A DNA stretch of 64,000 bases. Origin: Rickettsia typhi. Its GTDB lineage: Bacteria > Pseudomonadota > Alphaproteobacteria > Rickettsiales > UBA1997. Positions 59,079-64,000 of this stretch are shown one piece after another. Made by a program: the position numbers and the translations under genes. Under the pieces are notes generated by a model, which was not told the origin of the DNA, ran no database searches, and was given only the letters and a program-made list of their open reading frames with translations. Each line of letters begins with the position of its first letter. The first letter of the stretch is position 1. The DNA is taken from the NCBI GenBank assembly GCA_945865905.1, contig CAMBFC010000002.1, forward strand, positions 28,333-92,332, in the 5' to 3' direction.

Positions 59079-60533
59079 CTAAAACTGAAAATAAATAAAT
59101 GGATTATGAGTTGCAAATGAAAGCCTAATAATTGCAAAAATAAATGAGGCCAATAAAAATAAATCGAATATCAATAAATATCCCCCGCCGCGCTTAATCA
59201 TTATTGCTGCAGAATTTTTTACTAAAGGAGAGAGGCCGATTACACTTAGGGCGCCAACAGTCCAAACAAAGTGTGAATTCAATAAACGAGATATTTCACT
59301 CGCAACCACAACATCACTTCCTCCACAAAACATTAACTTTAAATAGTCTATAGCATGTGTCAAATCTGGGCTGCGAAAAAATACCCAACCAACTGCTACC
59401 ACAAGCATCAAATAAATATGCTGCAAAAAATTAGGCATCGCAGCTAAAAATATTTTACCGATCCGCAGTCTTTCAAAAACTAAAAAGAAACCGTGAAACA
59501 AACCCCAAGCCACATAATTCCAACTAGCCCCATGCCACAAACCACATAAGAAAAATACCAAAACTAAATTAAAATATTGCCGCTTCAAGCCAACTTTATT
59601 ACCACCAAGTGGAATATAAACATAATCACGAAACCACGCAGAAAGCGACATATGCCACCTTCTCCAAAATTCTTTAACCGATTTTGCGATGTATGGATAA
59701 TTAAAATTTTCAGGAAATTTAAAGCCAAAGACTCGCGCCAGACCTATCGCCATATCAGAATAGCCAGAAAAATCAAAATAGATTTGCATCGTATAACACA
59801 ACACACCAACCCAAGCTAGCCAACAGTTCAAGCCATCAAGCTGCGATGAAAAAATTGCATCAGCAACTTCACCGAGCGGATTAGCAATAATAACTTTTTT
59901 GCCAAGGCCAATAATAAATCTTCTAATTCCATAAGAAGCCGCAGACCAGCTATGACGCCTCTTTGCAAGATATTTCTCAATCGTATTATATCGAACAATT
60001 GGCCCTGCAATTAATTGTGGAAAAAACGCGATATACAATGCCAACTCCAACAAATTTTTTTGCGCCTTACATTTGCCGCGATAAATATCGATCAAATAAG
60101 AAATTGCATGAAAAGTAAAAAATGAAATCCCAATCGGAAGGCGCGCTGGCAGCAGATTCTGTGCCACTGCAAAATTATATTGTGGAAATAATAAATGAAG
60201 AAGATCAGCTAAATTTGTCGCAAAAAAATTGGCATATTTAAAATAAAACAACAGCGATAAATTAAATGTAAGCGCAAAAAATAATTTGATTTGCCGAGAA
60301 GAGATGAGAGAGCCATGATGAAAAATCCATCGCCCAAAATAATAATTTCCAATAATAGAAAGGCCAAGAAGCCAGATATAGCAAGCCTCTCCCCAAGCAT
60401 AAAAAATTAAACTAGTCGCGAGAAGAGAATAATTTTTATACTTAGCAAATCCAATTTTCTCTAACGGCAAAAAATATAGCGCCAGAGTTAATGGAAGGAA
60501 GAGGAATAAAAAAATGTTCGAACTAAAAACCAT
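59079..60533 (-). CDS. MBOAT-family membrane O-acyltransferase (AlgI/DltB-like)
   Basis: Polytopic. EFWRRWHMSLSAWFRDYVYIPLGGN and GLWHGASW (MBOAT catalytic His region). Confidence 0.85.
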   Translation of the reverse strand: MVFSSNIFLFLFLPLTLALYFLPLEKIGFAKYKNYSLLATSLIFYAWGEACYIWLLGLSIIGNYYFGRWIFHHGSLISSRQIKLFFALTFNLSLLFYFKYANFFATNLADLLHLLFPQYNFAVAQNLLPARLPIGISFFTFHAISYLIDIYRGKCKAQKNLLELALYIAFFPQLIAGPIVRYNTIEKYLAKRRHSWSAASYGIRRFIIGLGKKVIIANPLGEVADAIFSSQLDGLNCWLAWVGVLCYTMQIYFDFSGYSDMAIGLARVFGFKFPENFNYPYIAKSVKEFWRRWHMSLSAWFRDYVYIPLGGNKVGLKRQYFNLVLVFFLCGLWHGASWNYVAWGLFHGFFLVFERLRIGKIFLAAMPNFLQHIYLMLVVAVGWVFFRSPDLTHAIDYLKLMFCGGSDVVVASEISRLLNSHFVWTVGALSVIGLSPLVKNSAAIMIKRGGGYLLIFDLFLLASFIFAIIRLSFATHNPFIYFQF

Positions 60534-60595
60534 TTTTAGTTAACGATCTGAATTCTCAAGAAAATTTATCCGCAAAAAACTGCGGACAAAAAAGC

Positions 60596-62263
60596 CTATT
60601 TTTTATCTTTCGCTCTAGAAACAAGTGATCTACTGCCACCAGCACTTTTTTGGAAAGCATGCAGAATATTTTCTGCATCTTGAAATGGTACGGCAAAGAA
60701 TGAGAAAGAATCAAATACTTTTGCATCGTCAATTTTTCTTTGATCAACGCCAGTTTCTTTTTGGATAAAATCAACCAATTTGCGAGGATCCATTCCATCA
60801 TTGCGACCTTTGGCAATAAAGAGGCGCGCTGTTCCCTTGCGATCAACATAACCACCTTTTCTATCACCACCACGATCTCCACTGCTGCCACGCTCATCGT
60901 AAGAATTGTAATCACGATCGCGTTTTTTAGCAGAACCATCACCGATTGCGCTATAACTACTTTCGCTTAATTCATTTTTAAAGGCGATTTTTAACAAAGC
61001 GGCAAGCGCAACTTTTGGATCAGAATTGCTCGCTAAAATATCAGATGCAATACCTTCTAAATCACTAAATCCACCATCTTCAATTGCTTTAACAATAGAG
61101 GTCATGATACGCGTTTTTTTACTTTCAATCACATCTTTTACATTTGGAACTTTTTGTTTTGTGATTGTTGTATTGGCCATTTTTTGAATCGAAATCAACT
61201 TGCGATACTCAGAAGGAGTGATCAGAGTGATTGCTGTTCCGCTCTTGCCAGCTCTGCCTGTACGGCCGATTCTGTGCATGTAGCTTTCAGGATCTTGTGG
61301 CAATGCATAATTAATAACATGAGTTAAATCATCAACATCCAATCCGCGCGCAGCAACATCGGTCGCCACTAAAATATTAACTTTTTTATTGCGAAATTTT
61401 TGTAGAACTTTTTCTCTTTGACCTTGTGATAAATCACCATGCAAGGTTTCAGCTCTAAAGCCGCGATTAGTCAATTTGCTAGCAATTTCATCAACATCAA
61501 GTTTAGTGCGACAAAAAACCATGCCATAAAAACTTTCTTCAACATCGATGATTCTATGCAAAGCTTCAAATTTATCCGATTGTGGAACTTCAAAATAAAT
61601 TTGCTCAATATTTGGACGACCAGCATTATCGCTCATCACCGAAATTAGCTCATATTCACCCATATATTTTTTTGCCAAACGCTCAATATGTGCAGGCATT
61701 GTCGCAGAAAAAAGCACGGTACGCTTTTGTTTTGGCGCCATTTTTAAAATAGCTTCAATATCCTCAACAAAACCCATATTTAACATTTCATCAGCTTCAT
61801 CAAGAACAATGTAAGAGATTTTTGAAATATCGAGAGTTTTGCGATTCAAGTGATCAATCACGCGACCAGGTGTTCCTACGACAATATCAACGCCGCGTTG
61901 CAAGCGTGAAATTTGACGATCAATCGGTTGACCACCATAAATCGAGATAATTTTAGTTTGAAAAGCACCAGCAAAAGAACTTAATTCTTCAGTAACTTGA
62001 ATAGCCAATTCGCGAGTTGGGGCCAAAATAAGCGCCTGAACTTTTCCTTGGTTAGTAGTGATATTTTCGATTAGTGGAATTCCGAAAGCTGCGGTTTTTC
62101 CTGTTCCTGTTTGAGCTTTGCCGATTAAATCTTTTTTATTTGCAAGCAAGAATGGAATTGTTTTGGCCTGAATTGGTGTGGGCTCTTCGAAACCTTTTTT
62201 GCGCAGGGTTTCGATCATTGTGTCTGAGATTCCTAATTCAATGAATTTTGTTAAAGTCGGCAT
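60596..62263 (-). CDS. DEAD-box ATP-dependent RNA helicase with a DbpA-like C-terminal domain and an RGG/RD-rich linker
   Basis: Q-motif ...GFEEPTPIQ, AQTGTGKT, VLDEADEML, SAT, HRIGRTGRAG. Linker RDRDYNSYDERGSSGDRGGDRKGGY. Confidence 0.9.
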   Translation of the reverse strand: MPTLTKFIELGISDTMIETLRKKGFEEPTPIQAKTIPFLLANKKDLIGKAQTGTGKTAAFGIPLIENITTNQGKVQALILAPTRELAIQVTEELSSFAGAFQTKIISIYGGQPIDRQISRLQRGVDIVVGTPGRVIDHLNRKTLDISKISYIVLDEADEMLNMGFVEDIEAILKMAPKQKRTVLFSATMPAHIERLAKKYMGEYELISVMSDNAGRPNIEQIYFEVPQSDKFEALHRIIDVEESFYGMVFCRTKLDVDEIASKLTNRGFRAETLHGDLSQGQREKVLQKFRNKKVNILVATDVAARGLDVDDLTHVINYALPQDPESYMHRIGRTGRAGKSGTAITLITPSEYRKLISIQKMANTTITKQKVPNVKDVIESKKTRIMTSIVKAIEDGGFSDLEGIASDILASNSDPKVALAALLKIAFKNELSESSYSAIGDGSAKKRDRDYNSYDERGSSGDRGGDRKGGYVDRKGTARLFIAKGRNDGMDPRKLVDFIQKETGVDQRKIDDAKVFDSFSFFAVPFQDAENILHAFQKSAGGSRSLVSRAKDKK

Positions 62264-62349
62264 AACATTTATATATATTAAATTTATCGCAAAGAAAAAA
62301 TCTATGCGTCAAGTCTGCAAAATTGCAAACCATAAATGGCGAACCATTG

Positions 62350-63594
62350 CTATTGCTTATCCAATCCGTAAGCAGTGTGTAGCACGCGAACCGCGAGTTC
62401 ACCATATTCTCTTGCAATCAAAACTGAAATTTTAATTTCAGAAGTAGAAATCACCAAAATGTTGATTCCCTTATCTGCAAGAGTTTTGAACATAGTATGG
62501 GCAACACCAGAGTGCGAAACCATACCAACTCCAATCACTGAAATTTTTGCTACATTTTCATCAATTGAGATTGTTTCGTATTTTACTTGATCTTTAATAG
62601 AATTGAGTGCCAATTTAGCGCGCTCCAACTCTTCTTTAAAAGTTGTAAAAGTGATATCAACTGACTTACCATCAGCACTGGCGTTTTGCACAATCATATC
62701 AATATTGACATCTTTTTCTGCCAACACTCCAAATATCACCGCGGATAACCCTGGATGATCGGGCATGCGCGATAAAGTGATTCTTACATCATTTTTGCTA
62801 TAACTAATACCCGTAATCACTCTTCTTTCCATGATTTCCTCCTCATTATTAACCAAAATTGTTCCCGAATCTTCTGTAGCCTCTTTAAAACTCGAAAGTA
62901 CTCGCACACGAACATTATGCGCCATTGCCATAGCAACAGAGCGAGTTTGTAGCACTTTTGAACCACTATAAGCCATCTCCAACATTTCTTCATAAGCAAT
63001 TTTGTTAAGCTTATTGGCCTTGTCGGTGATCCTTGGATCTGTAGTATAGACGCCATCAACATCAGTATAAATATCACACAAATCAGCCTTAACCGCAGCG
63101 GCAATAGCCACCGCAGAAGTATCTGAGCCACCACGACCTAGCGTGGTAATGCGCTTAGAATCTAGGTGAATCCCCTGAAAGCCAGCGATTACGATAACAT
63201 CGTGAGTTTTGAGAGTTTCAAGCAAAAATTTGCCATCAATTTCATCAATCCGCGCCTTGCTGTGCGCATCATCAGTAACAAGTGGAATTTGCCATCCCAA
63301 AAAAGAGCGCGCTTTATATCCAATGCTTTGCAACTCAAGAGCCAGAAGGCCGCAGGTGATTTGCTCACCACTAGCAACAATAGAATCGTATTCCGCTAAA
63401 GCCGCATCGCTCATTAAAGAGGAAACCTCATTACAATAACTAACAAGCTGATTTGTAACGCCAGACATCGCAGAAACAACAACAATAACCTGATTTTTTT
63501 TATCAAGTTCGGCTTTAACTTTTTTTGCCACATTTTGAATGCGAGCAATATCACCAACTGAGGTGCCGCCAAACTTTTGAACAATAAGAGCCAT
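62350..63594 (-). CDS. lysC: aspartate kinase
   Basis: MALIVQKFGGTSVG, VVVSAMSGVTN, GRGGSDTSAVA, and two C-terminal ACT domains. Confidence 0.93.
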   Translation of the reverse strand: MALIVQKFGGTSVGDIARIQNVAKKVKAELDKKNQVIVVVSAMSGVTNQLVSYCNEVSSLMSDAALAEYDSIVASGEQITCGLLALELQSIGYKARSFLGWQIPLVTDDAHSKARIDEIDGKFLLETLKTHDVIVIAGFQGIHLDSKRITTLGRGGSDTSAVAIAAAVKADLCDIYTDVDGVYTTDPRITDKANKLNKIAYEEMLEMAYSGSKVLQTRSVAMAMAHNVRVRVLSSFKEATEDSGTILVNNEEEIMERRVITGISYSKNDVRITLSRMPDHPGLSAVIFGVLAEKDVNIDMIVQNASADGKSVDITFTTFKEELERAKLALNSIKDQVKYETISIDENVAKISVIGVGMVSHSGVAHTMFKTLADKGINILVISTSEIKISVLIAREYGELAVRVLHTAYGLDKQ

Positions 63595-63734
63595 TTTTAC
63601 TAAGAATTATATTCTATTTAACTAGAAACGCCGTCTATTGTAGCATGGACAGTTCTTTTTTACAAGAAAGAATTGCTAAGAAAGAAAGGTTTGGGTAAGT
63701 TTAGGCAATATTTTTCAACTAATTATTTAAGAAA

Positions 63735-64000
63735 ATGCTAAAAATCAAAAAGCTTGCCCATAATCTTTTTTTCAAACTTTTTATTGGCTTACTCATATTA
63801 TCTTTCACCTTTTTTGGTGTGAGCAATTTTGTTTTAAACAGCTCTGAAACTTGGGCCACAAAGGTTGGAGGCAAATCAATTTCTTACTCAAAATTAACCA
63901 GAGCAATGCAAGTTGATCGCGAGGCAATTTTGCGCTCTAATCCTGAAAATCCGCAAGCAATGCAATATGTTGAATCGCCAAAATTTAAATCTGATGTGCT
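63735..64000 (+). CDS. PpiD/SurA-N-domain-like periplasmic chaperone (5' end only; runs off the window)
   Basis: Absent from the ORF track (no stop in the window). Hand translation from the ATG at 63735: MLKIKKLAHNLFFKLFIGLLILSFTFFGVSNFVLNSSETWATKVGGKSISYSKL... This has the N-terminal TM anchor plus the 'V.G..I....' opening typical of PpiD. Confidence 0.6.
   Translation, partial: MLKIKKLAHNLFFKLFIGLLILSFTFFGVSNFVLNSSETWATKVGGKSISYSKLTRAMQVDREAILRSNPENPQAMQYVESPKFKSDV

Noticed and set aside
60556-60942. 128-aa minus-strand ORF that overlaps the 3' end of the DEAD-box helicase gene in another frame.
   Set aside because: It is fully nested in or overlapping a well-supported gene, and the translation is hydrophobic and low-complexity with no family features.

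Overview
This is an AT-rich, very compact chromosomal segment; G+C looks like the mid-30s % by eye and was not computed. The gene repertoire looks alphaproteobacterial: an alpha-type AddB, a COQ9-like 'rpsU-divergently transcribed' protein, HemJ, CcoP, and an RNase E with an insertion in its S1 domain. That taxonomic placement is inference. I can support about 62 protein-coding genes and one tRNA (Ile-GAU). Two of the genes run off the window edges and are missing from the ORF track: pgk at the left edge and a ppiD-like gene at the right. I found no rRNA, no CRISPR array, and no transposase, integrase or phage genes. Most of the content is housekeeping: pgk, folE, miaA, recO, rne, queA, ubiE, greA, ahcY, prs, trxB, fabG, argD, ispH, holB, nusB, rimM, queD, truA, addB, lysC, and a complete hutHUIG histidine-utilisation operon. 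Accessory-type content is a tandem pair of roughly 830-aa subtilisin (S8) autotransporter-like proteins, an orphan PAS/GAF histidine kinase followed by an outer-membrane beta-barrel and an Arg-rich ORF, and a type IV pilin-like gene with a separate prepilin peptidase. The features the gene list does not explain are these. (1) A family of long foldback elements sits at convergent gene junctions: two complete copies at 17223-17377 and 47348-47516, and one half-copy at 44433-44513. Each complete copy has perfectly self-complementary arms that differ between loci, surrounding a shared conserved core. (2) An alaS ORF stops cleanly after the class II catalytic domain (263 aa) and overlaps the start of anmK by 8 nt. 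(3) A carB ORF stops exactly at the boundary between the two CarB halves (550 aa), next to the half-copy of the element. (4) One of the two S8 paralogues has lost the catalytic His and Ser and the lipobox Cys. (5) Gene packing is extreme, with divergent genes whose start codons overlap or lie 3 nt apart, and a 104-nt convergent CDS overlap. All product calls come from motifs I recognise in the supplied translations; no database search was possible.
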